Shown: positions 23,206-37,300, counted from the first letter of the whole stretch. The stretch: 62,895 nt of DNA, filler included, from Choristocarpus tenellus KU-1152 (GCA_964200185.2; 8 parts of 8 records of this genome joined end to end with filler, not necessarily neighbours in it), one strand, 5' to 3'. The notes: generated from the sequence alone by a model not told the origin. Numbers and translations: made by a program.

Positions 23206-23933
23206 ATAATGTTAAAAAAAAAATACCCCTCCAAAGAAAAAAATGAAGGAAAAAGAGGGGGGGGGGGGAGGGAGAGGGTACATTCGATTACCTTCGCCAG
23301 GAATAGCTCTACGATAGATCTGCCTGGGGCAAGGGACGTCTCGTATACTGGAGAGTCGCAGAGTCGGCTCTAGAGCAATGCAGTTAGGCTACAGTCAAGA
23401 CCCAGAGCAAACAAGAGGTACCCAGTTTTGGACATTTTAGCATTAAAAAGTCAACTTTTCAATCTCTTGCCATTCAATTTTTTGTATTTATACAGAGATG
23501 AAGTGCTAGGTTCTCGAGAAAGAGAGAGAGAGAGGGGGGGGGGGGGGGGGGGGGGGGAAGAAGTTTTTTTTTTTTTTTTTTTAGAAAAAATAAAAAAAAA
23601 AAAAAAAAGAAAAAAGAAAGNNNNNNNNNNGCGTGTGGGGTGACGGGAGTGCAGACGGGGGCGGTTGCGGACGGCTCTCGAGAAAGAGGGGGCGAGAGGG
23701 GGGGAAAGAGGGTCAACTCTTTTTTTCTTGTTCAAAACTTTCATAAAAAAACAAAATTCGAACAAAAAGAACATTCCACATACACTTGTAACAAAAAAAT
23801 AAGAGTCAAATTTCCACGGATACTGTCCTAAATTTGATTTTTGAATTCTCACCGTTCATCCAAAAAAAAAAAATTCTGCCTACATTACGCACTTGTGTTT
23901 TAAAAAATAAAATAAAAATGTTGCACATTTTTG

Positions 23934-24067
23934 CCCTGTAACCCTAACCCTAACCCTAACAAAACCCTTCGCGACTGCCGATCACACTACAACCCTAACC
24001 CTAACAAAACCCTTCGTAACTGCCAATCACACTACAACCCTAACCCTAACCCTAATCCCAACCCCAA
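23934..24067. repeat. Interstitial telomere-like (CCCTAA)n tracts alternating with a duplicated spacer
   Basis: Three short CCCTAA runs separated by two copies of AAAACCCTTCG(C/T)(G/A)ACTGCC(G/A)ATCACACTACAA. Confidence 0.85.
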
Positions 24068-24513
24068 GTGCAACTCTGGGCCACCCCTCAGTTACTCGTA
24101 TGCCTACACGGGCCATCACAACAACACAGTCCAAGTGAAAAATAGATGAAACCAACACAGCAGGAAGGCGAGCTTAATCACAACACACTTTGGGGGACAT
24201 ATTAGCTCTATCTCTGGCATGTACTACCAAAGCCGACTGTCAGTGCAACATACCGAACTGCGCGGGGGGGGGGGAGGGGAGGATAAAGGGGAGAGTCATA
24301 GAAGATGACCAGGAAGGAGCAGCAGTACAGGAGACATTGACGCACAAGGTACTTGGCAAGTACCAAGCAGCAGAACCTGTACCAGAAGTACATAATCTTG
24401 TACCTCAAGTATGTACATTCTATCACATTGTTTGCCAGTACTGTAAGTACCCCACGACTGGTACACTGTATCAGTAAATGAGATACTGGTAGACTATATC
24501 AGCAAATGAGATA

Positions 24514-24745
24514 CTAATACACTTGAGTATATATATACACATACATAATACATATACATATATAAATGGATGGACAGATATACGTATACACAAATACATA
24601 CAGATACGTGTACAAACAATACATAAATAAATAAAATACATACATAATACCTACACATACACAATTAAGACTTACATAACACATAATACCTACACATATC
24701 CAATCAAGACAAACATAACACATAATACATACACATACATACACA
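24514..24745. repeat. Degenerate (TACA/CATA)n low-complexity tract
   Basis: ATACATAC/ACATAATACCTACACAT units, including an internal duplication. Confidence 0.8.
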
Positions 24746-25042
24746 GGTTGGTGTTTCATTCCACTAACCAAAAGTGATGAAGGTCAGCAGCATAGCAGGA
24801 GAGTCCAGGAACAAATGAGGCCGAAATGACTTCACCACACATGCCAGGACCAGCGCCATGGAGCTGTACATATAAGACACCGTTGTGCTCATCACGACCA
24901 ACATGTCCATACCATAGCTACCATGAACCGCCGCCTATTTGATTCAGTTCACAGTAATCCCCACAACACCCCCCATACCCCAGCCAATCCAAATACAGGC
25001 AAGAGAATGTAGAAGGGCAACCAATGGGGAGAGGCAATCAAA

Positions 25043-25105
25043 ATTATTATTATTATTATTATTATTATTGTTATTATTACTACTATTATTATTATTATTA
25101 CTATT
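25043..25105. repeat. (TAT)n microsatellite
   Basis: About 20 TAT/TAC/TGT units. Confidence 0.95.
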
Positions 25106-27389
25106 GTCAGGGACAGGTTCCTTTTTGGGATCTCCGACACACCTTATGTGTAAGACGCGCTGTCAGATACAATTGCGCGCACCAAACGTGTCATTTGAGC
25201 TCATCCATACCAACCAGTCCAAAGAAACAGCCATCTTCATGAGATCCGGATTTGACCAAACAGCCAAAATGGATCCTCACAACGAAGAACTATTCCGATT
25301 CTGAAAAATCTATTTCTTTGCTGTGACATTACACTCAGTCATTCTGGAAACATACGTCATGTTCTGAAAAAGGTGCGCGGTACTAGATTTACTGATCTGT
25401 TATGAGATTAGAGCCAAGACCTTTGATGCTCGGTCTCACCCTCCGAGGTGAAGGGAGTTTCATTCCGGTGATTGTGATTTTTCCCCATTGAGCAGAGAAC
25501 TTGGCACCTTTGACACTTCCACAGTTGTACTCACGCCTAGTGTTCAAGGGGAGCTAACCCTAACCCTAACGCCGTGTTATGTCAAGACACTACTACTCCC
25601 AGACCTGCTGCAACATCACACACTAGCAGCAATGCCAAGGAGAAGTCCGCAACTCGCAAAGGGGAAGAAGAAGACGGACCCATGCATCGCCAACAACCGA
25701 AGGAGGTAATGAAGGGGGTAGTATCAACACCCAATCTCAACCGACTCCCGCGTCTATTTCTGTAGACAGTGGCATCCCTGGTAGCTCGCTAGAGCAGGAA
25801 GGGATGGCGGCGCAGAGGATGAGGGAAGGCCCTGCTCGTAATTCGGACCTGAACCGNNNNNNNNNNNNNNNNNNNNNNNNNNNNNNNNNNNNNNNNNNNN
25901 TTAATTAATTAANNNNNNNNNNNNNNNNNNNNNNNNNNNNNNNNNNNNNNNNNNNNCTTAAGCACAAAGATTTGATGTCTGGCAACTAAATAGCACCTGC
26001 ATAGCATTATCAGCCGTCACTATTGTTGGTGGTACAGTTAAGTTTCCCAAATGAGTTCATTGTAGATCTCTGATTGATGTGGTCGGTACTGCAAGATTGG
26101 TGATGTGCATCACTTGGGATTATTATTCTACTTAGATCATGAGGGGCTGAGCAGGGGAGTGGACTGACTCAACCAATGAGGACTTGCAGCATTTCGAACA
26201 GAACAAGAGGAAACGATTGCGTCATGCACAATAGTACATGCACTCATTCCAGATATGTGTCTCATGCAATAGTGTTTCATGTGTATTTCCATTGGACGAG
26301 CATTCATGTAGCATAGCATGGGTTTGGGTGCCAAGTCAACTCAAAGGACTGCGGATGAGACCACTCGATATAGCTGCATCAGTGCACCCTACAAAATCAA
26401 GGGATCTAGTTGCACCACTCAATTTTTTACTTATTTACCCTTACGTCCCACTGCCACCGCTACAATGACCCTTCTGCAATAGATACTTCAAAGTGGGAGA
26501 AGTCAGACAAACCTAGGCTGCTTTATCTAATAGTTTTGATTGAACTTGTCGAAGAGACTCATCTATAGATGACTAGACCTCTATGTGGTGGTGTACTTAG
26601 CAGTATTGATATGAGGCTCCGCTTGGAGGTTGCTCTTGTGTATGAACCTACAATATAGGGTAACAGTTCTCGTCAATCCTACATTTTACATATTATACCT
26701 GTGGCCTACATTCCTCTTGTGCTGCTTTAAGCATTCCTGGGAAGTAGTATAATCGGATATTCTGGCGTGATAAAGAGACTTATGGTTTGGTCTCTAAGAA
26801 ATACCATGTGAAAATTGTTGCATGCAGTAGCAGTACTTCCAATTTATCTCCATGATATGGGCGAATGTGCTATAAAGCCTTACCACATCACACCTGTGTG
26901 TGGTTGATTTTGCTCTGGCTCGGGCTAGTCTGTTCATATGTGCAGGGTATGAGACTAGTACACCACTTTGTGAAGATAGTGTCTATTTATGCCCAATTCT
27001 TACCCTTTCATGTGTCCTGGTGCCCTTCTCTGTCGCAGCCTCTCGTGTTTTTGAGTTACTTCGTGCACTGTCGGTTAGCAGCATGATCCACATAGTGTAC
27101 ATACGGTTGACTATCGTAAAGTGTACTAAGCTCTACCTTGATGCGATTAAGAAGATAGAAGGAGTCAAGGGCATTGCCCATGTTAGAAAGGGTGAGCACG
27201 AAAAAGAAAATTGACTTACACGTATTTACCTAGAGGCAATCCCAAGGATATGCAGAATGCTGAAGAATTTCCCCTTGATATACAGGCTGTGTTGTGCCTC
27301 GATCTCAGTATCCTTTGAAGCTGCACTTACCGCTTCAGTTGCATTTCCTGATCCGTGGTGAACACACCGCCTTGCATCCATGTTGGCAG

Positions 27390-30300
27390 GAGCTCTACAC
27401 AGTGTTTCGCAGTCAAAAATATTTTTTGAAGGCACATTTTCCTTCAATGGCAACGGTGGTGAAGATGGAGGTGCTATCTTTATTGAGGACTATGTTGATC
27501 CCATAGGCATTGTTGCAAGCTTCAGTGACAATTACGCCACATCCAACGGAGGGGCCATTGTTGCCCAAACCTCAGAGGATCCTTTCTCAGTAGTCAAATC
27601 AACATTTAGAAATAACTCAGCTGGAACCTCTGGTGGAGCTTTGTTCTTTGTGTCCCTGGACAGGTTGTTCATTGAAGAAACTGCCTTCTTGAACAACAGT
27701 GCTCAACGTGATGGTGGAGCTGTGACAACAGTTGAGTGTGGTGGAGAGGAGAATACTCGTTATGAGAGCTGCACATTCATTGGAAATGCTGCTGCAAACG
27801 ATGGTGGGGCGATTTTCACTTCTGTGAGCATTGATGAAATCCACTCGTCACACTTCTTAGGCAACATTGCAGGTGCTACACATAGGTGTTTTTGTAGATG
27901 CCTGTGATCACATGGCATGTACTTCATGACCTCTGAAGCAGTTGTCTTCTAGTGTATTTCCACCACGTGGGATAATCTAACATAAACAGTTGTTTGCTAG
28001 GTTGGGAAGAAATGTAACCTACCACCTAGGGTGGAAACACCCAACTGAAGAGTAAGTATTTCTTTGTTGAACAGGGTCTTCTGGTGGTGCCCTCCTCCAA
28101 GGGGGGCTCTTGACAAACATGAATTATTGTGTTTTCGAGGGCAACAAGGCTACTGAAAGAGGACCTGCTATATTCAATATTGGCTCTAACGAGGAATGGT
28201 TCAACAACACATTTATTGACAACACCTTCAAGTGCATGCCTGGGGAGTACCTGGAGGAGGACTTCAATGCTGCACTGGATGACCTTCCAACGGTGAGATC
28301 AAGCAGTATGCTTTTAGAGATGGATTTCTTTTATTAGTGTTACATCTTTCACACTGAACTGAGTTGGTGTAGCTTTCTGAGGGATGCAAGGCTTGGACCT
28401 TTACAATGTCATTCGGAAAGACCTGGTTGGCTTAGACCCAATGATGAGGAGAAGGGCTCTATATACCACCATTTCTTTCATCCAGTTGCTTCTTCCTACC
28501 AAGGTTGTTTGATGTGTGCATTTCTTGTACTATGTATTTTTTGGGCTTGTATTTGTCATTTTCATGCAATACGTCCTAATGGTCCTGTGTTGTTTGAAAC
28601 ACTTTGTCTTGCCTTTGTGATGTGTTGGGTACTTGTGTGCCTTATTAGAGTTGGTCTCAATATGAGCAATGTTTGGCAATATGCAGCTCCGAGAAGTATA
28701 TAATCTTGAAAATACACACTTCAAAAGAGAGACATCCCCCTTGTGGATAGGAACATGTCAGAAGAAAGTGCTCAGGATGTTACCAAACATTCCTCATCTG
28801 AGGTTATTCAAGCTTAAGGTGGGCATGATTCAATGATGATTGTACTAATGATATAAATGTTTTTGTGTTTGAAGTTGTATGTTGTGAGCCATGTCGGTTA
28901 AACTCAATTGGTTTGGAGGTGTTAAGCATATCCGAAACCTGTTCATTAATACTTAGTAATTCTGATAGTGCTAAAATTCAGTCCTGGATAATCCAGAAGC
29001 TGCTTTGTAGGATTTTGGACAGACTTCGCATGGCTTTATCGCGTACTTTGCACAAATGTCTTGGGCTTCATCAATATTAGCAGAAGCATCATGATAGAAT
29101 TATTGGATTCTTCCTCCATTCAGAATAAAATATAATGAAGGTTTTGCAGTCCTGATGAAGAAGCAGCATTCTTTTTGCATGTTCATCTTTTAGGGGTGTA
29201 TTGTGCAGATACTAAAGGTTGCCCACCAAAATCTCAAGCGTCATGGGGCAGTCTACACCTATCTATAATTCCCCCACTGAAGCCCTCCAAAACTCCGTTC
29301 CAGCACGGTATTTTGCCACAATCCGGGGGGAGCTTGCCCGCCTTCTCAGCCTTTTCCTTGCTAAGATGGGGAGTTTCGAAGACAATCTCATCCTTGGACC
29401 CCAGGACTTTACTTTAGACTGCAAAGAGACTCTGCCAGACGCCCTCTAGTGTCTTCCATGGGTATACATTGAACGCCTCCATTGTGGCCTGCACCAGCTC
29501 CTCTTTGTTGGTCATCCCCACCTCTTCCTTCATTTGCTGGATGGAAAGGAAGAGCCCAGGTTGTTGACGTTGAGGTCGGGTGGGTTGGCTAGCTGGGGGT
29601 CTATCACAATGTCGTCCCCCACCACATCCATGGTTGCCTCCATGATCCCCTTGGTTTGTGGCTTTCCCACGTTATTCTGTATGAAGATGGTGTGTCCTTC
29701 TGGCTAGGAAGTAGACCTTGATTGCTGGGATGATATCCTTGATCATGAGGTTCTCATACCTCTCCCCGTCCACCGTGGCTGGCACAAGCACCTAGATGCC
29801 CTTGGGGCAATGCTTGCTGGTGTGCTGAGCGACCTGAGTGCCCACGATTGGCCAGATCACGATTTTCCCATCGAACCTCACCTTGTTGAGCTTCCTAGGG
29901 TGGGCCACGGCTGCAAGGAACATCACCTTCGTAACAATAACACTTATTCTTTGCCCTTGGGGGTTTGGGGGTCCTCATTGGGGTGCAGGTACATACCTTG
30001 CCCATCTTCGAGCATGTAAAACCACTCCTCATCCACATGCACCCAGTCATATAGATCGTCCTCGAATACCCCACTTCTCCCCCTCTTTGTGCACGTGACT
30101 GATGATGAAACTCACCCTGTTGAATTTCTGTTGGTCTGAGAGGAATGTTTCAATCCACTGGTTCACCTTCTCCTTTTTGTGCTTGCACAGATTCCACAAA
30201 TAGTGAAGGGAGTGGGTACTCAAGCTTTGGTCACCCATTTGTGGAAGGATGTGTGGTGTACTGATGGGGCATCTCAAACGTTGAGGACACTTGTATGTCA

Positions 30301-32155
30301 GCCACATCGCCCCTTGTATCGTCGTACAAGGTCCATGCTTTCACCCAATGCAATCTGGCTGTCATATTCCTTCACATAATGGAACACAGTGGTTTGGGAA
30401 ATTCCAGAGTCCTCTGCGGTGACTGCTGCCATCGCCCGAGGCGTCTGAGTCTCATGCCCTCTCCCGTCCAGGCACTACACCACCACGCTGTTCTTCATCG
30501 GGGTGTTTGGGTCCTGACCCTGGACAGTCTTATGGACCGAAGAATTGGGACCTTCTGGGGACTGTGGGATGAGTATGCTGCTTGAACGATGGGGGGCCTT
30601 TGTCCTAGTCATCCCAATAAATACCCACTTTGACAGGTTCATGAGGTTTTTGAAACCCATCAAGTGGGACTTGGTTGACCTTTTACTATTGATCCTCCAC
30701 AGTCATGACAGCCCACCATCTCAAACTTTGCATGCCTCCTAATCTATATGAGAACTATGCCTTGTGGAGAAGGTTCATCATTTGGGTCCTTCGCGGGCGA
30801 CAATAGAGCTTGCAAAAGTTACGTTACATTTAATTCCCAACAGAGGAAGTGCGGATTAGGTCCTGCACAATGTGTCTATTGTAGAGTTCTTTTGAATCAA
30901 TCCAAGCAATGTGTATCTGACACTTTTGCAAAACACTCTGTATGGTGATATGGGGTATATGTTTTGGCGCAGCAGTTGGAGTGGTGTAGACTAACTCTCT
31001 GATGCTGCATGGGGTTACAAAAGGATGGCACTATTTTCCAGTGCGAAACGAAGTCTTGCCTGTCCTTGCTGGTGACTCAATATTTTTCTTGGTATTTGCT
31101 TTGGAAGGCTTCATCACAGGGTATTCTTTTCCCGACCTCAATGGGAACCTTACTGATCATCCGAGTATAGTAGATGCTCTCTTGACTATCATCTCCGTAA
31201 GACTTTTCGATTTTCTTTTTGAAGATTGGGCAAGAAGGTGCCTGAGAAAAGCACATCCGATTTTCTTTCAAAATTGTATACTATGTCTGCCCTGGGTTTA
31301 ATTCGTTAGAAGTATATGAGAAGGACTAGAGCATGACATTTATGTGAAATCGGTCAAACCAACCTACATTTTGCCAGGTCTCTAACTTTTGTGCATGTTG
31401 ACTATGCAACCATTTTTTTAATCATTGCAGGTTCAACTTAACATCACCTTCTCACCTGCATTTCAACTATAATTATAGAACAGTTTCCGGTACTCATTCA
31501 CCTTTAGGAATAGAGAGGATATTTTGACAACCAGGTGTTGGTAGACTGTGAGGGGCATGGAATTTTCAAAGGAGGTGATGCTGATATTTTCATCGGGGAG
31601 AGGATGATCTGGGGTGAAGGCATTCCGTTGACTCAATTTTGCAGTTGTAATATTTTTCTATTGGTGGAGGTCGTACTTTTCATGCCCATGCCTGCTACCC
31701 CCTGATCTGTGAATTTCTCAAAGCACACCTCAGAGAAACAGACCAGTACTTATGAGTTCACCTTCAAGCCATCCTGCCATTAAAAGTGCGACTTGTTTTG
31801 TTGCCTTTTCTCAATGAGATTTTCTTCGTTTAATCCACACTCTTTTGCTATTTGCAGGCTTCTTGTTCATTGACAGAAGAAGAGGCTGGCCTCAGTCGTT
31901 ATGAAGTGGTATGCGATGACTGCCCCAGCTCGTGCAACAGCTGCACAGCTAGCAACAATGTGCCATCATGTTGTGCAGTGATGGAAAATACATTCGCTGA
32001 AGACAGTGGAGTAACCTTATCCACACTGAGCCTAGAGAAGGGATACTGGCGTTCATTGAACACCAGCAGAGAAATTCGTGCGTGCTACAACACTGCAGCA
32101 TGTGATGGGGGTTCCACTGTTGGGAAATATTGCAGTGTGGGCTATACTGGACCAT
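27390..32155 (+). CDS. Polymorphic-membrane-protein-like right-handed beta-helix protein with Cys-rich region, internal part (exons 27390-27872, 28075-28292, 31858-32155)
   Basis: Repeated FxxNxA...GGA(I/L/V) motifs, then LSLEKGYWR...C...AC.GG....YC..GYTGP. Exon phases are compatible at GT-AG sites. 5' and 3' exons are not in this piece. Confidence 0.82.
29440..30450 (-). mobile_element. Degenerate Tc1/mariner (DD39D-type) transposase inside an intron of the beta-helix gene
   Basis: Minus-strand motifs FLSDQQKFNRVSF, DLYDWVHVDEEWFY, TKVMFLAAVAHPR, NPPDLNVNNLG (cf. QPPNSPDLNVLDLG). Frameshifted. Confidence 0.85.
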
Positions 32156-33861
32156 GTGAGTGCACCTTGATGTTGAAGAATCCGCGTTTTATTTTCTCCA
32201 ATAAGAAGAGGGTGTGGGATGCAGTACAAAGAGCACCACTTACACTGTTAGCAAAGCCTCCATGTTCATGGGGTTCACGAGATGCATTTGTTGTACAACC
32301 TACCCTACCTCAATACTGTTCATCTTGATCATCATCGTTCTTCCACTTTACTTGTTGTAGGTACTACTTCTCAACATCCTTTGGAGTTTTATAATTGCAA
32401 AGCCGAGCAGACCTTTCCAATCCACTAAATCAACCCTGTGTGTGGGTTGGAGAGCAAAGTGAACCGCTGTTCAAGTTTTTTGTCTAATTTTTTTACGTGG
32501 GAGTATAGGGCAACCCCAAAATTATTTGCTGTCCCTTATTGGTTAGGAACTAGCGTGGCCGATCATGTTGATGATGCTGCACACTCTTGATATGTATCCA
32601 TGATGCACGCCCTGCTAAACCTATCGTGGAAAAAAAAACTAAATTAAATATTTTAGATACATATAATTGATTTGCTGACTGTCATGTTTCTATTTTGTGT
32701 ATGTACATTTGGCTTGTTGTGGGTGTTCTGTTGGCAGCTGCAACTATTGGTATAACATAGTAAGATCATAGCAAGGCCTTGTGCGAATGTGCAGTGATAT
32801 CTATCCGTAGATGTAGATTGCATAGTAGTCAAAACTTCAAATTAGTGGAGAGCGTTTGAAGCTAAAAACTGACCCTTCCATGCGTCATAAGTGTGCCAAT
32901 TGTCTTCATTTCTCAATCCCTTCAACAGGACTACAGAGTAAAATGAGAGCGAGGTTCTTCCTTACCCTAAGGATGGATGTTGTTGATTGCTGCAGATCCT
33001 TAGTTGCGTGTTCTCAAGTAGATACTTGAAAAACTTGAGACTATTCAAAAGTAACTGACAGCGTGGTCTGCTGTGTTTCAGCGACCCCTCTGACTTCCTG
33101 GTGTCACCTTTTTTTGCATTTGGAGCACTAAGTCCGCATCTGTGGAGGGCGTTTTGGCTTGTTTTTTGCTATATTTTGTTTCCAGGAGCAAGTTATCCTT
33201 GTTGAAGTCCTTTTTTTAGTGTGCCCGTCTTCTTTCAGCAACAAGGAAAATATCTCTTGAAATCCAAAACGGCCAACACACACACACACCACTCACCTCA
33301 GGTTCATTTACTTTTAACCTTAAGAGTGGTGATGTTGTAGAGTATGAAGACTAGGGAAGAGGCACATTGGGCTCTCTGAATATAATTAATCTTGCTCACA
33401 GTTCGAGGTATTGATGTTAGGAATGCCAACAAAGTAGCTATGCTAGCCATCAACACTTACTGACTCCTCTGGATCAGTTTGGTTTAGCCCGAACGTCTTT
33501 TTATAATTAGTTGAATCAATGATGAAATCACATCTGCCCTAAGTACTACAAATAGTAAGCTCTAATAGGAAATTAAAGATAAGTATACAAGGTGCCAAGT
33601 AATCTTTAAGCAAAATGTACGCAAAGGTTTCATGTGTACTAGACCATACTCGTTGGAGGAACTCTTGTGGCATGCAGATACGAAACCTTCCATAAGCAAG
33701 AAGCCCCTGAAAACAAACACAAACTACTTCCCCCATTGTTGAGGGAGGGAAGGAGATTGAGNNNNNNNNNNNNNNNNNNNNNNNNNNNNNNNNNNNNNNN
33801 NNNNNTTAATTAATTAANNNNNNNNNNNNNNNNNNNNNNNNNNNNNNNNNNNNNNNNNNNN

Positions 33862-33930
33862 CCATGGGAAGCCAAGCCCCACAAACGGACAAACAGGGAA
33901 AAATTCGTACCCTCTAAGATAGTTTCACTC
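33862..33930 (-). mobile_element. MITE family A, partial copy cut by contig boundary
   Basis: Reverse complement of the family A left end: GAGTGAAACTATCTTAGAGGGTACGAATTTTTCCCTGTTTGTCC. Confidence 0.85.
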
Positions 33931-34311
33931 AGTTCAAGTTCTTGAGGCTCGTTATCACAAATTTTGGCAAGTAATCCTAATTTTCTGTCAACCACAGGTC
34001 CTGCTGTGGTAAAGATTTATGTGGCACAAAAAATGTATGTTCTGTGGCGCTTGGTTACTCAACTCAAAGGTAGTATTTCCTACTCGTTCCTTTAGGCCCA
34101 TTCTCACAAGATCAGGGATTCTCAGTCGTAAGTGGTTGCTGCTGATGTTGATTGTCACGTACTGTAGGCTTGTCAACTTCACCAGAGTCAAAAATATCAA
34201 CCTTGTAGATACTAATGCTTACTACTAGTGTCTACATTTCCTCTCAGGAGATCAAGTATACAAATTCGTCAGACTTTAGGTCCAATGGTGATTTAAGTCA
34301 GACTTTCTCAC

Positions 34312-37300
34312 CTGCTTCCCCCAGGTCCACGATACTTCGCTGTGAAGGTCTCAGGTCGAAATGTACACAATGCCAGCTCCACCTCCTCATCTCTTGCCCT
34401 CTGCCGAGCCCGAGGATCATGAGGGGATCGGTTACGCTGACGCTGAGCTCTCACTCCATGCTGATACAGCCGGGATGCCGCACAAATGCGACTGCTTCCG
34501 TCTCCCCGCCCTCGTGCTTCTACTTCCTTTGCTCCCGACCAATCCTCCTCCTTTCCCACAGTTTTATCCCCCCTTGCACGCCCATCTACTGTTGTCCTTG
34601 CCATGAACCCCACACCTGATCCTCCACAGTTGGGGAGCGGATTGTCAGCCAGATACTTTGCCAATGAAAATGTTGATGGAGATTCATCAAGAGTACTAGA
34701 AGACTCTCTGTCAACATCCCGATCAGTGTTGCTATTTTCCTGGCAGGAATTGTTGGCGTCACTGTTGGAGGATTCAGAACAGTCAAAGACAGAACAGACA
34801 TTCCTGCTAGCGCTTCTTGGACCCCTTGAGCCCAGATACTGGGGCGGAAAACCGTGTGTGGAGTTGACCTGATTAAGTGAAGCAGGGATTGATATGAGTG
34901 GGTGGTTAGTCCTGTATACTACAACATGTATTGGTTTACTGCTACTGATGTACAATCGCTCCAAAATCGCCGGATAGATATAGTACGTAGTGCTTGCATC
35001 TCTCATTATTGTTGGACTTGAGAAATCTAGTCAAAACAGTTCATGAAAACGCTGCAGCTCTGCACTATACACTGCTTGTATGTATTCCCCAACATAGGGT
35101 ATACCCATTTCAGGGCAACACCATGATTGTCATGCCACCCAAGGGAGTTACTCTGCCGTGTACGTGAAGTATGTAATAGACAGCTTCATTCCCACGGCAT
35201 TGTATAGTGGAGAGTCATTGACAAAAAGAGAGTGTTGCGATGAATCGTTTGGGGCATCCTAACTTAGAGGAGGGTTTTGTTGAGTAATCGCAGCGCCTGT
35301 GACTGCCTCCAGGTACATGTCCTTCAAAAAAATTGGAGGGTAATCTTTCAATTATGTTGACAAACATATGCCGCCTGTTCAACAACTACTGCCTCCTAAG
35401 GGGGTGAGCTGACTTTTCAGGCATGAGATTGAGGTGACAGGTAGAAGATTTCAAACGTCCAAAAAAATCAAGAGGGCCTACCTTGACCCCTCTCTAACAC
35501 AAGATGGCTCTATGATCAGTACAATGTTTCTTACATGGGGATGGAATGTGCACCCCGGGGGAGGGAGGGATTCATACAGCTTCTGCCTCTGTTGTGACTC
35601 CTTGGCTGCAAGAGAGAGCCTCTGAAAGACATCATTTGTTTGTTGATTGCTGCAAGATCCAAGGGTTGCCTGCCTCTCTGAGTTCCTAATATCAACATGA
35701 GAACAGTAATCCGTAGCAGTGCAGACCGATAGGAGTGTTTAGCAACACACACAGGTGCAATGTCGAATTGATTATACATACTTGGAAGGCGCGATTATTG
35801 CACAAAACACGAGGGGAGGCACCGAAGTATATCCCTCAAAAGAGCGCTATTTGTTACTCCCAGAGAATGGGCAATAGATGATATGCAGAGGGGTGGCTTG
35901 TAGAGACAAGGTTAAGGACGTATGCACCTACTACTTAGTACTCTCCAAATTAGACAACAACAAAAACTTAGTCTCTTCAGCTGTGCATGCCTCGCCTGGT
36001 ACTTAGTAGAGACGTAATCTCAGGATGAAATGTGCAGCCTTCTAACTCAATTTCCTCCTTCAGCTTCTGGGTGGCCTCCTGCTTTGCTGCAACCTCTGCA
36101 GCGACACTGTAGAGGCGACGGGATGTAGCAGTGCCTTGGTGCGGTGTATGCACAAGATGGGGGGCACCTAGGTACATCAGGGTTACCCAAAGCCAGGAAG
36201 GCACGGAATAGAGAGGGTGTGAAAGGTCTGAGCTGTACATCCATCCACAAAGTGGATGAATATGCAAGTAAATGTGGACCTGATCCTAGTTGGGAGAAGG
36301 TATGCCAAGGATTATATGTTGGAACAGTTGAATTTGTGCTGACCTTTTTGTTCATGCCTAAATATTCCTTCGGATTTTCCCAATGTATTTGCCAAATTTG
36401 ATGTTGATAGTGCACAGTGTGGTAAAAAAGTCGTTGCAGTAAGCGATTGCTACTGGGGCCTGATCCCCCCAGCAATAGTATATTTCACAACTCCTAGAAG
36501 CTGCAGCAGTTTGCAAAAAGGTGATTGATACCATCATAGCACCATACTCAGGGACTGTACAAGAGAGTGACAGTGTGTCAGCCAGCAAAGATGCACATAA
36601 GACTCATCGATCACTGAAGAACTGCAAGAGCAACTCGAGTAGTACAAAGTAGTGGCTTCAGAGTGTTATGCGTATGTGTGTGCTTGTGGGGTTTGCAACA
36701 ATGAGGAGAAAAAGAGATATTGTGATGTTGGCATGCACAGCATGCTTCCTGTCTTTAGTAGATGGAGGGCCATTCACAGGAAAGAGGAGACTGTGGAACA
36801 AAGGAGGATATTGAGGAGGAGGAGGAAAAAGAGATTGAGGAGTGGAGCCACTGTATCAAGTGCAATATCTTGTCATTCCACAGAGTGTCCTCTATGCCAA
36901 AATTAGCCAACAGGATGGATGCCCTCACCCCCTCCAATCTCAGTGATGCTTTTAGCAAAAATTGTATTTCCAAAAGATAGGGGCATTGATGGGGGGAGCA
37001 CAAACTCTAACGGAGGATGGCAGAGGCCTACAACAACTGTCATCACGTGGAGACTTGCATACCGACTCCTTGCCACAATGCAGAACTGAAACCCGGGCCA
37101 TAACCATACTGGGCCTGCAACACTGATGTACAAGACCTGAAGGCTGCTATGGTAGAGGCATAGGTTAGGAGAGACAATAGCTTCAAGCGTTTATTGAGGC
37201 GCTCTTGGGTTCATAAACTTTCTACTGGAAAGGATGAAACTAATCCCACAGGGCTTGGTTAGTGCACACCACCCACATTTGGATATTAGGAGAACAGTCG

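Noticed and set aside
23428-23852. ORFs with poly-G/F/K/P tracts
   Set aside because: Homopolymer runs next to an N gap. Low-quality sequence.
24939-25304. ORFs with poly-Leu, poly-Tyr or poly-Ile tracts
   Set aside because: Translation artefacts of the (TAT)n microsatellite.
34649-34660. CCAGATACTTTG match to the family B TIR (also CCCAGATACT near 34831)
   Set aside because: Lies inside a coding exon, with no partner TIR, C tract or TSD. Likely chance.
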